A stretch of 60,341 nt of DNA, filler included, from Sphacelaria rigidula (taxonomy: Eukaryota): the NCBI GenBank assembly GCA_964200075.2. It is 8 parts of 8 records of this genome, joined end to end, with 100 filler letters (N's around TTAATTAATTAA, not from the genome) between each part and the next. Parts side by side here need not be neighbours in the genome. Positions count along the whole stretch, not along the records: positions 37,778 to 45,232 come from CAXNAA020014844.1; positions 45,333 to 52,787 come from CAXNAA020014845.1; 6 more parts are not named here. One strand, given 5' to 3'. Shown in pieces: positions 38,590-50,940 of the stretch. The notes below the pieces were generated by a model. The model had not been told where the DNA came from. It did not search any database and saw only the letters and a list, made by a program, of their open reading frames with translations. How positions within the stretch are numbered: the stretch's first letter is position 1; the number at the start of each line of letters is the position of its first letter. The position numbers were made by a program, and so were the translations under genes.

Positions 38590-39750
38590 GATTTGGGTAG
38601 GGCACGTAGCCCGGGGTAATTCGACGCAGCCATTACTCCAGGGTACGCAGGATATGAGAAGCTCAAAAGACCTGGCATCCTAGGGTACTCAGAGTAACGG
38701 CTGCCGGGAAATCCTGAGTATCTCAGGACACCTTGAGCACCCACCCCCCGAAATACCGGGTGTGGTACCCGGAACATTGCGTGAAAACACGGAGTATTCC
38801 GGACATCCAAGTTACCGACCGCCATGATTCAACGGTGGGCAGTGCCACGGTAGGAATGCAGAAAACGAACATAGGCTCCTAACGTAAGGAGCATATCAAT
38901 GACGAACATCTAGTCCCCAAACGTGCAACCTCAGACAACCTTTGGCGTCAAAAATGCATCCCGACCGTGGCACCACTCCAGCGTACCCATGGTACCGACA
39001 GCCGAAAGTCCCGAGTACCGTAGGTAGCCTAGGCTACTCGCTCCTCATAATACTTTGGTGTGGTAACCTGCACCAGGGAAGGGTATCGGCGACAACAAGA
39101 ACTTAGCTTTCCCGAGTACTGAGGGTGTAGATGCCGGGAAGAACCCGGTATTCCACACTCACCAGAGTATCAACACCCCTGAATACTTTGAAATTTGACG
39201 ACAAATGCCCGAAAGAGGAAAACCCCCTGAACTTCGTAGTCAGGCAAACATGCACCACGTTAGTCGAACCGTTTTCAGGTGTTATCATGTTTTAGTGTAA
39301 TTCGTTGACGTGTTTGGGTTAGGGTACGTACCTCGGGGTACTCTGGGTTTTCACGACATGTGGCGTACTTGGTAGTACTCCAGGGTGTACGCAGAGCTAC
39401 GAAAATGCTCAGTACTCGAGGCTATGAAAGATATGTTCTGCCAAAAATACCACGATGTTGCTTCATTGTCCAGCGATTATCTAGGATACGTCTTTCCGTT
39501 TGGGATGCCTGTCTGAGAATGCATGTCGATTTGAGACATCTATCTGAGATAGCATTTGGGTCAAACATTATCTGGGATATCTCTGTATAGGGTACAAGAA
39601 ACTATTTGGGGCATTATTCGACATATCCATTTATGACATACGTCTGTGATACGTGTCTAAGATATTTGTCTGACTTGTGTTTATCTATCTGGGATATGCA
39701 TCTGGGATATACATCGGGCGACAGGGATACCCATCGGGGGTATCTTCATG
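38590..39750. repeat. Region dense in short motifs (GGGTAC/GTACCC, then ATCTGGGAT/ATCTGAGAT)
   Basis: Many scattered copies, resembling subterminal repeats of non-autonomous DNA transposons; ends not defined. Confidence 0.45.
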
Positions 39751-41640
39751 TCTGAGATGCCCGCGTCCACTTGGTGTATCCACATGGGGTTCCTGGGGCT
39801 GGGTAATCGCCGGACTTCGAAGGACCTGTCAGCCCGTAAGTTGTTCGATATTGATTACAGAGACGATTTTGTTTTGGTATGTGGAGCAGATGCCTCGTTT
39901 CTCCCGATCTCCAAACTTTGGGATCAAACATTCACTGGGATCAGCGGTGGCACGCGCAAAACTACTGCAAATCGACAACTAGAAAAAAATGGCAAAAAGA
40001 AATTGGTTTAGCTGGAAGCTACTATATACAGTAGTGCTTAAGATGGAGTAGACGGTAATGATCTGTAAAATGTTGACATCAAATATACGTGCTACCCTGC
40101 AGGTAGCCCCACCCGAGAGCGCAGAGTGTGTAGCGCGTCTATATATACCATTCTCCAATTTAGTTCTTCGCGTATGCCTGTGAAGAGACCCCGAGATACT
40201 ACACGCTCACGGCCGCCACACTCACCACTGCCTCATCTATTCATCCAACGCCCGGCAAGATATCGATTTTTCTGGCTTATCCGTTAGCTACTGTCGACAG
40301 ACGATGCGTACCATATATTGCGTGCTCGTATCGAGAGCGCGCTTGTGTGTGTGTGTTTTGAATGTGGAACGAACATCCGAACCAGCAGCAAGTCCTAACG
40401 ACGGTCGTCGAGTATTTACGACCAGTTTTACCATATGTTAACAGCGTTATGCACCCCCCCCTGGTGAATACTCGTGACTGGGGGGGGGGTATATTTAGCG
40501 ATGTTGACTATGCTACGTACTGCGGTGTCGTGATATCGGCACCAGTAATACTGTACTGAATGTAGCCGAAACATTTTCATCCTAGGGTTGTTCTTGGGGC
40601 GGCATTATACGTGCGGGTGATATACGCTGCCGTTCCGGTAAAGTGCACTGCATTACGATAGTGTAATATACAGATAAGCAAACAGGAGTAGATATCAGCG
40701 CTTAACAGTAGCAGCAGCGATGATCCAGTGAGAATGACGCCAAGGCAGCCCTGCTTCACGGCAAGCAATAGACAACTGTCATGGTGCAGTAACGTCCACG
40801 TGGAAGCAGCATGGCGGTGATGTTGACGGCCTTGCCACGCGTCGCTGAGTGTGTACCCGGGTGGTGGTACACTGAACATATCTCCCGCCGTCATGACCAC
40901 TTGATGTTTGGATATTGGGCCGGGCCCCAAACGAATATGGCGCGACATCTTGTGCTATCGACTCTCCGGCTAATACCCAATTGTCGAAAAATAAATATTT
41001 CGTATTCGGCATGCAACATTCCACCCTGCCTCGGGGGCCAAACTGCCAGAATGTGTCAGCTTTTAAGACCTGCGGCCCGTTCGTGCGGATATAGTGGTTC
41101 GGAAACTGCCAGGAGTAATCATTGGTTTGAAAAAGGATCTGTTTTCTATCCTTCAAAGTGTAAGGATGTGGTTGACGAAAATTGTCAATCAAAACTGGAC
41201 TGCGGAATGCTGATGAAACACTTGTTCCTACATTGTTAGGTATACGCGGGCAGACAGATGAGTTGTAGTATCTTCGAGACTAATGACTCACTGAAAGGGA
41301 GGTGGGGAGTTGAAAGCATGATACGAACATCGGATACCGAGAATGACATGATAACTACCCAATATTGGGAAACGAAACGAGAATGTTCAAGACCGACCGT
41401 CCAGCATCAAAGTTTGAGTGTCGTTCATTGGGTCAAACTACGAACAGAAGGAGAACAATCCCACGAACGGGTGACTTGGGACGTGAAACAGGGAGAATTA
41501 TGAACCAGTCTTAAAAGTAACTTAGCAACCCGTGCATTTCGACCTCTTGAAATTACCAGCGCCTCGATCACTGCAAAAAGGAAACACGAGGACCCCGCGA
41601 CCCCACACACGAAGTCAACATCGTTTCCCAGAACACCGAC

Positions 41641-44190
41641 CTCGTGGCCCAAGCTCTCGTAGAATGACTCTGCGGCGGATCTTTCCTTGTCGGTCTTGAG
41701 ACCATTCAGCGCTCCGACTCCGTTGTTTGCCATTCCGTCTGTACACAACACCATGCGGGACCCGCGTCCTCCGCTCTCCTGCCGACGTTTAACGGTTGGG
41801 AGGTATGCGGCGGCGGGGGGGGGGGGGGGGGGGCTGAGCGGGAGGGGGCGTCATCCGGGGTTGGGGTCGATCGACGTTGTAATTTATTACCTGTTTCGCG
41901 GCCTTAATTGATTACCTCAATAATTTACGGTGGTAAGTCAACTCATCATCTAGAAATTTATCCGGTCGTGTTCGTGTTCACACCGTAGATGCAATATCGC
42001 CGCGCATCAACTGACCCACCACGAAATTAGCCAGCCGTAGTCACAAAAATATGTACCCAGGGTGAAACATAGACACATTAGACTTTTCCCGAACCAAGAA
42101 GTAAGCAACAATCGATCAGTCACTCGGTCAATCGGCACAACAAGCTAGACTCCTACAAACTCGAATGATGTACCGTCATGCGTACCTTCAGCATGGAGAT
42201 ACCAGAAACAACAGCAGGACCGAGTGCCGTGGTCCCGTGAGTCACTAGACCAAACAACAATTCCGACAGCCGCCCACGCGTCTCAGAGACGGGCCTCGAA
42301 ATCGGACAGCGCCGTCCTGCCTGCCGCAAGGCCGCCATGTCAAACAGGTCTGTGCCGCTCACCGAGCGAGAGGATGCATCGGCAGCCAACGACAAGCCGT
42401 CTCCTATGAGAGACAGCGACTCGTCGAAGCTCACGATTCCAGCACGTCGGTGTGGGGTGGACTTGGCCATTTCCTGCGTTTATCGGCGGCGGAGGTGGCC
42501 ACGGCGGGAGAAGGGAGGGTACGGTGTTTTGTTTCGTTGACCAGTGCGCTATGGGTGTGTTGCGTTCATGCCGGTGACCTCACGGGGATTTCTGGGAGGC
42601 GGAATGTCAAGTGGAAGAGTGGGGCGCGATGAAGCCGGGGTGGGGGCGTCTTGGCGACTAGATTTCTCGGTGCGTCCATATTGTTGCTGCATGTTGTGGG
42701 GTTTCGGCTATTTATTTATAATGAGCTGGGAAGCGATTCGTTGAGCTTTTCATGTTGGGTTTTCGTTTGAAAAGTCTGTTTCGTCTCTCGTTGTTTCCAG
42801 AAGCTGCTGAATTTCGTTTCTGATGGGAGTGTTTTTCTTCGTTGTTGTGTGCCATGTTTGCTTTGTCCAGCGTTCAATTGTGCATAGTAGGTCTGTTTTA
42901 GCGGAGCCTATGCGAGAGGCTCTGCGAACCTACCCTCGGCAGATCCCCCTTGACGACTGTATACAGTACCCCAACAATGACCCGGGAGAACCTCGCACAA
43001 CTACCCGCTAGAGATTCCTGGCACTGGAGGTCAGCAACATACGGTGGTGGCGCGGGTTGGGATATGACATTCGCGGGTACGGACAGCACCGGAACGGACC
43101 GGAACGCGCAGCCGACGCAAAATCACCCACCTCAAGCTGGGCGTCGATGACGGCCTGCACCTGCTGGAGCCTCGTGAAGCGTGTGTGCTTGCGCGGCTTT
43201 TTGGGCTTTGTGTTCTTGGATCCGCCCATAATTCCATGTAACGTTCGTTATACAAAAAGTGAGGAAACCGATGGCAGGTATCGATGAAACTCCATGTTTA
43301 CGCGGGATATCCGTCATGTATGGGGAGCAAGGGCGGGCTAGGCAATACATGTACATAGACTTTGACGGCCATGCACCATACCTGATTAAAACGAGCAACA
43401 TACATTGAGCGGCTGAACAAATCTCGTTTGGAATTCAGACACCTGAAGAAGAGGGGGGCAGATCGACCGTACCACTGCATTTCTCTTCAGGAATCTGAGG
43501 GGAAATATTGTTTTCCGTGGTATCGTTCAATATAGAGTGTCATGGCAAATGAGTGAACCAGCCCGTGCAGGGGGTAAGGAAGTCTTACAGCGCGCGCCCT
43601 TCCCTCGAGGCAAGTGTTGAGCGCTTGCTTGTCGACCCTTTACTCCCTCCTTCCATGGGACGAGTCTATAGTTTCAGGGGTAGGGCCCTTACGTCGAACT
43701 CCAAGTATATCAATCATTGAATCATTGGATGATTGCATCAGTAATCCCGAAGCCCGCTGGCCTCTACGAAACCTATCTGCTCTTCCCCCTCTCTTCTTCT
43801 GCGGTTTCCAGGCGATAGAAACATGGAAACAAGCTTTTCTACTGTCGGAAGTTGATCCCCACGAAAAAAAACAGCCCACACTGGTAGTGCTGCACTGCTT
43901 TGATCCCGCGGGGGGATCGGGGACCAGCTCTTGAAGCGATCTCAGTGCCAGCCACGTACGAAGTGCACGACAACCTTCCGTCTCCAGAAGCAACCGTCGA
44001 ATCAAACAAGAAACCTCTCACCCTCAAGGAGGTGGTAAACCCGGCGACTACTGCCCTCACCAGGGTAGAGCCCACGTTGCGATCTCCACGAAGGGTCACG
44101 TGCCCCCGAACTTTTGATTTGTAGAGCATTGAGGTGCTCGTGTCGACTACAAAAAGCACTGCCGACTTGTCCTTCTTCGTCTTCGCGGTA
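41641..44190 (-). CDS. vWA-domain protein (Sec23/24-trunk-like, resembling the CPRAS1 vWA domain); exons ~44190-44061, ~43215-43131, 42473-42186, 41778-41641
   Basis: VLFVVDTSTSM (MIDAS DxSxS), TRLQQVQAVIDAQLE, RRAGIVSFD, GTTALGPAV, MVLCTDGMAN; GT-AG phase-0 junctions for the last three exons; N- and C-termini not resolved. Confidence 0.85.
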
Positions 44191-45539
44191 AGGAATGAAG
44201 GGCAAAGGACCGAGAGAGGGAGGGGGGAGCACGGAGATGAATTCAAGCACATGGATCGCATTTACCTAATCCAGTGAAATCAAACGACTATCGTGCTGTT
44301 GGTGCCTACTGTACGTGTGACGGGCACAAAACTGATATCTCCAACATACAGCGACAAGTCCAGAAAAAAACTGGAAACGCGATCACCTTTAAAAAAAAAC
44401 GAACACCGGTACGTAGGTCGTATTCGTTCCCACGCTTCTTCGTTTACTTATATCTCCAAAATACTCACAGGAAAATGGAGGAGAATCGCGTCGAAAAACG
44501 TTTTTCAAATAAATCGATCAGCACATTACGACTCTTTATGACTTTATGTGCCCGTTACCCAGAAGCCAATTTTCAAGTGCAGCAACAGCGATTGCGAGGG
44601 CATTCACAATGCGACAAACAGAACACCCGAGTCCGCTTGGTGGTTCTACGTTTTCCATCATGTTCCACGTCCCCCCCCCCCCCCCCTGTACTGTCCACCC
44701 CCCTCCATCGGGACCCGTCCTTGGTCTCAAGGAATCAGCCGATCTTTCCCCCGCTTCCATTCCCTCTTCAAATCAAATCAGTGCCCACCCTTGACCCCAC
44801 CTATGCCCTCGTCCCGGAGCTATTGGCCACAACCAGCAGTTACAAAGTCGAAAATAACAACGGCGGCAACGGTAACCCTCCACTGGTACGTCCGGGTTTA
44901 TACTACATCTGGGCAGACGTAGAACTTGACGCGTGCTAAGGTGTCGATGACGTCGGTAAATGTGATTACAATCCGGAAAACAACGACGACATTCTTACAC
45001 ATCGCCAGCCACTACCACGAAAACGTTGCTGGGTTCGTCTTGGGACACAGCCGAGGTCCCTGCGGTCACTCGTGCGGCAGAGTTTACCTCTCCCTTACTG
45101 CCTTCCCGTGTCTTTTCCTGCATACAAAATAGCGCTTGATCAACAGCCGAGTGGTCCTACGATGAACAGTGTTTTCGTGAGATTGAGAGTAGATGATACG
45201 ATTGAGAGTGAAAAGCGGTCAATCAGTGAATTNNNNNNNNNNNNNNNNNNNNNNNNNNNNNNNNNNNNNNNNNNNNTTAATTAATTAANNNNNNNNNNNN
45301 NNNNNNNNNNNNNNNNNNNNNNNNNNNNNNNNTGTAGGGGTGCCTAATGAGCATAGCCCTTGCTACAGTAGCAAGTGCATCCTACACTGGAACAAAATTA
45401 CGAATCGTCTTACTACGAACGTACAAGGAAATATGGCACAACCTGCCATCAGTCGGAGACCTGCCTTCTACCCTCCCTCCACTCCCGCCCTTACGGCGCA
45501 CCTCCGCCTCGTCCTCGCCGCCACTGCAAACTAGCGTCG

Positions 45540-48310
45540 TCACTGGCTGTTGATGAACGCGACGTCGATGTCTAGAATGTTACGGTGTGCTCTGTGCTTC
45601 TTGCGCATCGCCTCGATTCCGGCCTTCCCCTCCGGTACGTCGTCGCCTGCGTCTTTGAGTTGCGCCATATCACGGTACGCCCGGCAGGAGTCTCGAGTGC
45701 GTCACGCAAAGCGTCGCACTCGGCCCAGCGTCAAAAGTGTGGCGCGGCACAGAGACTTGACGACATTAGCATGTAGGTTTTTTAGCACCTCGTCGTTGAT
45801 CTCCCGCCGGTAATGATGCTTCGATATCCCCCAGGAATATTCGATCCCGACCCCTGCAACCTCCGGGTGGCACTTGGGCGATGGCACGAGAAGGTGGCCA
45901 CGGCTCTCTACGGTATGCTGCAGTGCTGTTCTCTCGTCCCGAAAGTCCGGCAACATTCCCAGGACGGTTACGATGTTCTTATCCGGCCTCACCTTGTCTC
46001 CCGTCCCCATCTGGTCCACCCACAATCCGCGCTCCCATAACACTGCTTCATTCCCTTCGCTCTACCAACGTAACCCTCCTCGATATACTCCTCCGTTTCT
46101 TCAGTTGAGCTAGTTGCTCCCCCCGTTCCCTTGCCTTCTGGAACGGGAGCGCTGTCCTTCTTTTTCGGTGTTTTCTTTCGCACCATTTTCGTGTCTACCT
46201 CGGGGGCATCCACATCGTAGAAAGGCGGCGGGTCACCCGACTTAAATGTCATGCATTGTGTGTCACCTACCTTGAGATTCTTCGGGTGAGGTGTGGCCCC
46301 TACTCTGTACTCTGTACTCTCTGCTCCACGTTTCACCGAGTTTATACATGGTCGCCTGCGCGCTTCCCAGACAACCCTCCGCCATTGTGGTATCCCGAAA
46401 TACCTTCTGCTTCCCCCCGTATTTGACGTTCATGCTTGATGTATGCAGTCTATCCTCACGCATTTTCGCGTGTCCCGCAGAGTGGTCCACCTCAAACACT
46501 ATTTGCTTCTCGGCTTCGATTACCTTCAAGACATCCATGACATCCACCACCTGCCTTTCGAACAGCTCGAACCCCCAATAGCCACCTTTGTTTTTGCCGA
46601 AAACAAGATGTCGCGAGCCTGAAGTCCTTTGCAGCGCCGGGCGGCCCCGTTCCTCGCGGAACTTGTTCACCCGCTCCAGCTCATCTTTCGTCAGAGGCAA
46701 ACCGAAGCCACGCGTCTCGTCCTGGAAAGCCGAAATCATCTCTCCCGCCCCCTCCGTCTTCTTTCGCAGGCCACGCACTCCCTGGATCACCCACTCATTG
46801 CCCTCACGCGCGTACACTTTGTAAATGCTTTCGTCTTGGCCAATGCAGTACACCTTACGATCGCACTTGCACACCTCCTTTGGATGATGCGCCTTGCAGG
46901 AAGCACTGGCAGCTTTTGGACGGCGGACGCTGTAGCGCCCACGATCTGGCCCGAGAGCTTTGCGGAGTGCATCAAACGTTTCGATCACTCCGCCATCGTT
47001 CAAGAGGTCAACGTGGAACTCGATGCACGCCTCACCATTCGTTTCACACTCGTATACCTCCGCATCGTCAGTCTCGTCGCCGGTCCCTTTCAGAACGTCA
47101 AACTTCGCTAGCTCCTGTTCAGACAGAGAAGACATTTCCACATGCACCCGCAGCGGTTGTCGTGATGCGATTTCCCGCTTCTGCTCGATGTACTCGTTGC
47201 GGCTTTCCACGACATCATGTCTCTCATGGCCGTCCGTGTAATACGATTGACTGTGCCTCTCGTACGTACACCCCAGTTTTGTCACCCATGAGTGGATCGT
47301 GGATGCGGAGATAAGGAGTGTCAGATTATACCGCTCCAGCTTCCTCATCCCTCCTTCTCCCTCATAGAAGCCGTATTTGATGTATCGACGGATCGAATTG
47401 ATAGTGAGTAGCTTCTGCGACTTGAGCCACCGTAAGAGCTTCAGCTTCAGATCCTCCTCGTTGAACATCCACTCCCTCTCAAACGCTCCCCTTCCGTCGC
47501 GCTTAAAGTACTCCTTGGTTTTCTTAAATTCGTCCGCCCATTTCAGAACTGTCCGAGGCTTGAAGCCGGCGAGGTCGGAACGCATCACGACGTCCACCGC
47601 GATCTTCAACAGAGACGATTCATGGCGAAGCGCTAGCGCATCTGACACGAGGCTGTACACGCGACGATCGGCGGTCCTCACGGCAGTTTTTGTTGTGGGC
47701 GCGCCTCCTTTGCAAACACGATTGGCCTCCTCCAAGTATTCCAAGACTTTTCCGTTACGCTCACGTTCTGCCTTCAGAATTTGGAAGGTTGTATACGCTT
47801 GGTAGCCCAGACGCTCCATTTGCACGGCCGACACAGGCGCGGGCACGCTGCGCCCCAGCTCTGCTGCATTTGAACTTGTGGGTACACGTCCTCGTCGGGC
47901 AGGAGTAGCATATGTCGACGTGGGAACAGATGCGCCCCAAGGCGCTCGATTAATGAATCGAGGTATTTATTCTTCGTCTTCAGCCGCGCGATCCGCGGAC
48001 CAAGGTAGGAAGCACGCCTGCTGAGTCTGCCAGAAATCCTTTCATCCCTCCTCCGCCAACCCCTTTCCCGCATCTTCGCTCTCGGCTGGAAAGCACCGAC
48101 GACGTGGCGAAATCCGTGCGGGTTGCGGGTAATTTGGTGGCCTTCCAGGCGTAGCCGCTCAAGTCTTCGCTCATCGACGGAGTTGAGATGGGCGAGGCTG
48201 TTGAGCGATTTCCCTGTGGAATGTGGCGAGCGATTGGATTTTGCCGCGGTGGGTTACACAACAGGGTCACCGAAGTGTGTCGGCGCACATGTAACACCGG
48301 GTCTTTGAGT
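45540..48310 (-). pseudogene. DDE transposase, frameshifted
   Basis: YYTDGHER, GQDES, GKNKGGYW, VFEVDHSAGH, KGMKQ/VLWERG, PKCHPE..GIEYSWG; frameshifts near 47850, 46310 (7-nt duplication) and 46045; C-terminus AHRNILDID...*. Confidence 0.85.
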
Positions 48311-48561
48311 AAGGTTGTGAACGGGGGACACCAGCCGTAAGAGTGGGATAGACTGTGGCTCCAAGAGTAGCAAGACAGTTGTCAACCGTATCGACAGCAT
48401 GGTGCACGCCCTGCAACGCAGCGTGCGCGCACAATGAACGATGTCATATGCAGAACATCACGTCGGGCGAATACACTTGCCGTACCCTAACGTCATCATG
48501 GAAAGTGTGCATTATGGCATCGCGTCAAACCTCCAAGAAGCAGCAACAGCACGCGCAGTAG

Positions 48562-48906
48562 TCACCACATACGCACGACCTGTGATGACTCACCTCGGGG
48601 AATCACAGGTTCCTTATGATGAGATATCGTCGCTACCTCTGGCGAGCGATCATCAGTGGGGAAACCCCTCCTATTCTCTTCCCAACTCAACCTCCACTCC
48701 TCAGCCGCTGCCTCGGCCTCGCCACGTGTACCAAACCGCTGCGATAACTTCCGCTGAACCTTCTTCCCTCTCGCAGGCGTGTACCTAAGGCTTAAACGAA
48801 ACATCCCTCCGCGCTTCTCCTCTGTCACACGAGGTGTAGAAATCTTCTTCCACTCCCGTTTCGCCACGGGAGAACTGGGTTGCCTGTTTTCCTTGTTGGA
48901 GCCCAA
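48562..48906 (-). CDS. AP2/integrase-arm-like DNA-binding module, copy 2
   Basis: FRLSLRYTPARGKKVQRKLSQRFGTRGEAEAAAEEWRLSWEE; paralogous to 49690-49933. Fold assignment is inference. Confidence 0.5.
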   Translation of the reverse strand: MGSNKENRQPSSPVAKREWKKISTPRVTEEKRGGMFRLSLRYTPARGKKVQRKLSQRFGTRGEAEAAAEEWRLSWEENRRGFPTDDRSPEVATISHHKEPVIPRGESSQVVRMW

Positions 48907-49649
48907 TGTGTTTACTCGAGGGGCGTTGTTGCTGTTGATCGATTCCCCTGTGGAATGTGACAGTGAATTGGATTTCGTCGTCGTGGATTACAGTTCCGTT
49001 AGTTTAACGTGCAGGAGAGCAGCAGCCATTCCATTTTTTCCAAACCCCGCCCTTCGGCGCGACAAATCAACCACGAATCCGCACCACAACATGTGCACAC
49101 TATCTTTGTGATTTGTTTGAAACCCCACATGTCATCGTCGGAAGAGTGATATCTTGCGTCCTATTTCATCGGCAGCACGGAGCAGCAGCAACAGCAGCAG
49201 TTGCACCCCTACAGACGGCGCTGCGCAACAGCACAAGCAGTGACACTCGTGAAAACACAACTCTTATGCATTCGCGAAGTGCAAAAGGCAGACGAAGCGT
49301 GCGGCTAAACGACCAGAAAGTGCCCTACATGCATTACCACCCTCGATGTGAACATATCTGCATGGTAGTTGCTGACGGACACCGTCTCGAACGTAACTGC
49401 AAACGGAAGTGAAGCAGCATGCGCTGCGCACTGCATGCCACACAAGGAATGTTCCGCCAATAACGATAGACATTCCCTATTGAACATAACCTCAGGCGTC
49501 AAGATTTGATCCGACCACGACTGCTGCCACGGAGGGGTGGTTTCTACCGTCATATGTGCAGTACAGACTACAGCAGCAACAATAGCAGTACGAGTAACAA
49601 ACCACAGCCTCGAAGGACTCACCCAATGAAAAGACAGATTGATCATGAC

Positions 49650-49933
49650 CTGAGCTCCTGGTCGCTCCTGGCAAGTTGCCACTAGTGGGTCGACCCCTCC
49701 TCCCTTCCTCCCAGTTCAACCTCCACTCCTCGGCAGCTGCTTCCGCTAGCTGCCGTGTTTCGAAACGGGAAGATTTCTTCCGCTCGGGCCTTTCGCCCTT
49801 TCCTGGTGAACTTGAGCGACAGACGATACTTTCTATACCTCCTCTCTACATGAACAGTGGGTACAGAAGACCTCGACCATAGGTGTCCGCTCGCGGAAGA
49901 GCTGGGTGGCGTGTTTTCGTTGTTCATGTCCAT
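49650..49933 (-). pseudogene. AP2/integrase-arm-like DNA-binding module, copy 1 (one frameshift)
   Basis: YRLSLKFTRKG / PERKKSSRFETRQLAEAAAEEWRLNWEEGRRG. Confidence 0.5.
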
Positions 49934-50478
49934 CGCTACCACCAGCACAGGTGGCGGACGTGGCTACTTGTGCCTCAATTCTCTAATTCCACCGCATTTT
50001 TGTCGGCACAACACAGCATCCGACGGTTTCAGATGCGTTTTTTTTTCTTTAAGGCAACTCGCATACGACTTAACTTCAGTGTAGGATGGTAGGAATCAAA
50101 GGAAAGGCATGGGCCCACGCTGTAGAGCATATGAGCATCCGCTCCTTGTTGAGACGATTAATTTGATATGCGGATCACGGCCTAATTCGTTTCCGGTGAT
50201 AAGATATTTACTCCGTTTTTAGGCTGGCCTAGCTCGTACTACCTCTGGGCGGATTTATAAGCAAGGTTCGGACCAAAAGCGGTCTAACTCGGGCATATGA
50301 AGCTCTTTTTTCGAACAGTTTGTTTTGTTGTTTTTGGACCGCCGCTGCGGAACGCACAGAATCGCTATCTTTTAGAGGTCGCACCGAAAACGTTCATCAC
50401 ACCCCAGCATAAGCTGCTTGAAATCACCACCCCAACTTGAACCCACCACCCAAAAGTCTTCCCATCTGCTGGTGAGAC

Positions 50479-50940
50479 ATGTTTGCTGCTGAGAACGCCT
50501 CTCAGGGGGAAAAACGCAAGAATTTGGATGATCCAGAGAGCGAAGAAGTCATTCGGTACCTGTTGACGCGCAGCCTCGATGGGGTTCTGAAGCGTGGTGC
50601 GTACAAGAACTCCGCGGTGGAATTCGGCTGCCACTGGGAGACAGTTAAGGGAGTGTGGTTGAAATACGAGGAAGACACCGCAGCAGGTGTCATCCATCCT
50701 AACCTGCAATCCGGACGCAAGGGGAAAAGTGGCGGGAAGGGGATCGGAATCGAAGCGTTGCGTACCCGTCTGCGTGACATCCCACTGAACGAGCGTACCA
50801 CACAGTTCCGCCTGGCTGCGGCGCTCGGGGTTGCCAGGACTTTGCTCCGGGATAACCTTAAGGCGCTTGGATTGAGAACATACTCGAACGCGCCACACCT
50901 GAGGAAGGTGGAGACGACACCTACAAACTGCCACACCTAA
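50479..50940 (+). pseudogene. N-terminal fragment of a plant/oomycete-type mariner transposase
   Basis: RKGKSG.K...LRDIPLNERTT..RLAAALGV..T.L...LK..GLRTYSN HTH-region pattern; catalytic domain absent. Confidence 0.7.

Larger units (their letters stand above)
45378..50088 (-). mobile_element. IS630/Tc1/mariner-like DNA transposon, ~4.7 kb
   Basis: Candidate TIR catcctacactg (45378) / cagtgtaggatg (50077-50088) with weaker similarity further in; encloses the transposase and two paralogous upstream modules. Confidence 0.6.

Noticed and set aside
36761-44190. vWA and PB1 exons as one gene or a gene cluster
   Set aside because: They are separated by an artificial spacer, and the PB1 ORF has its own ATG
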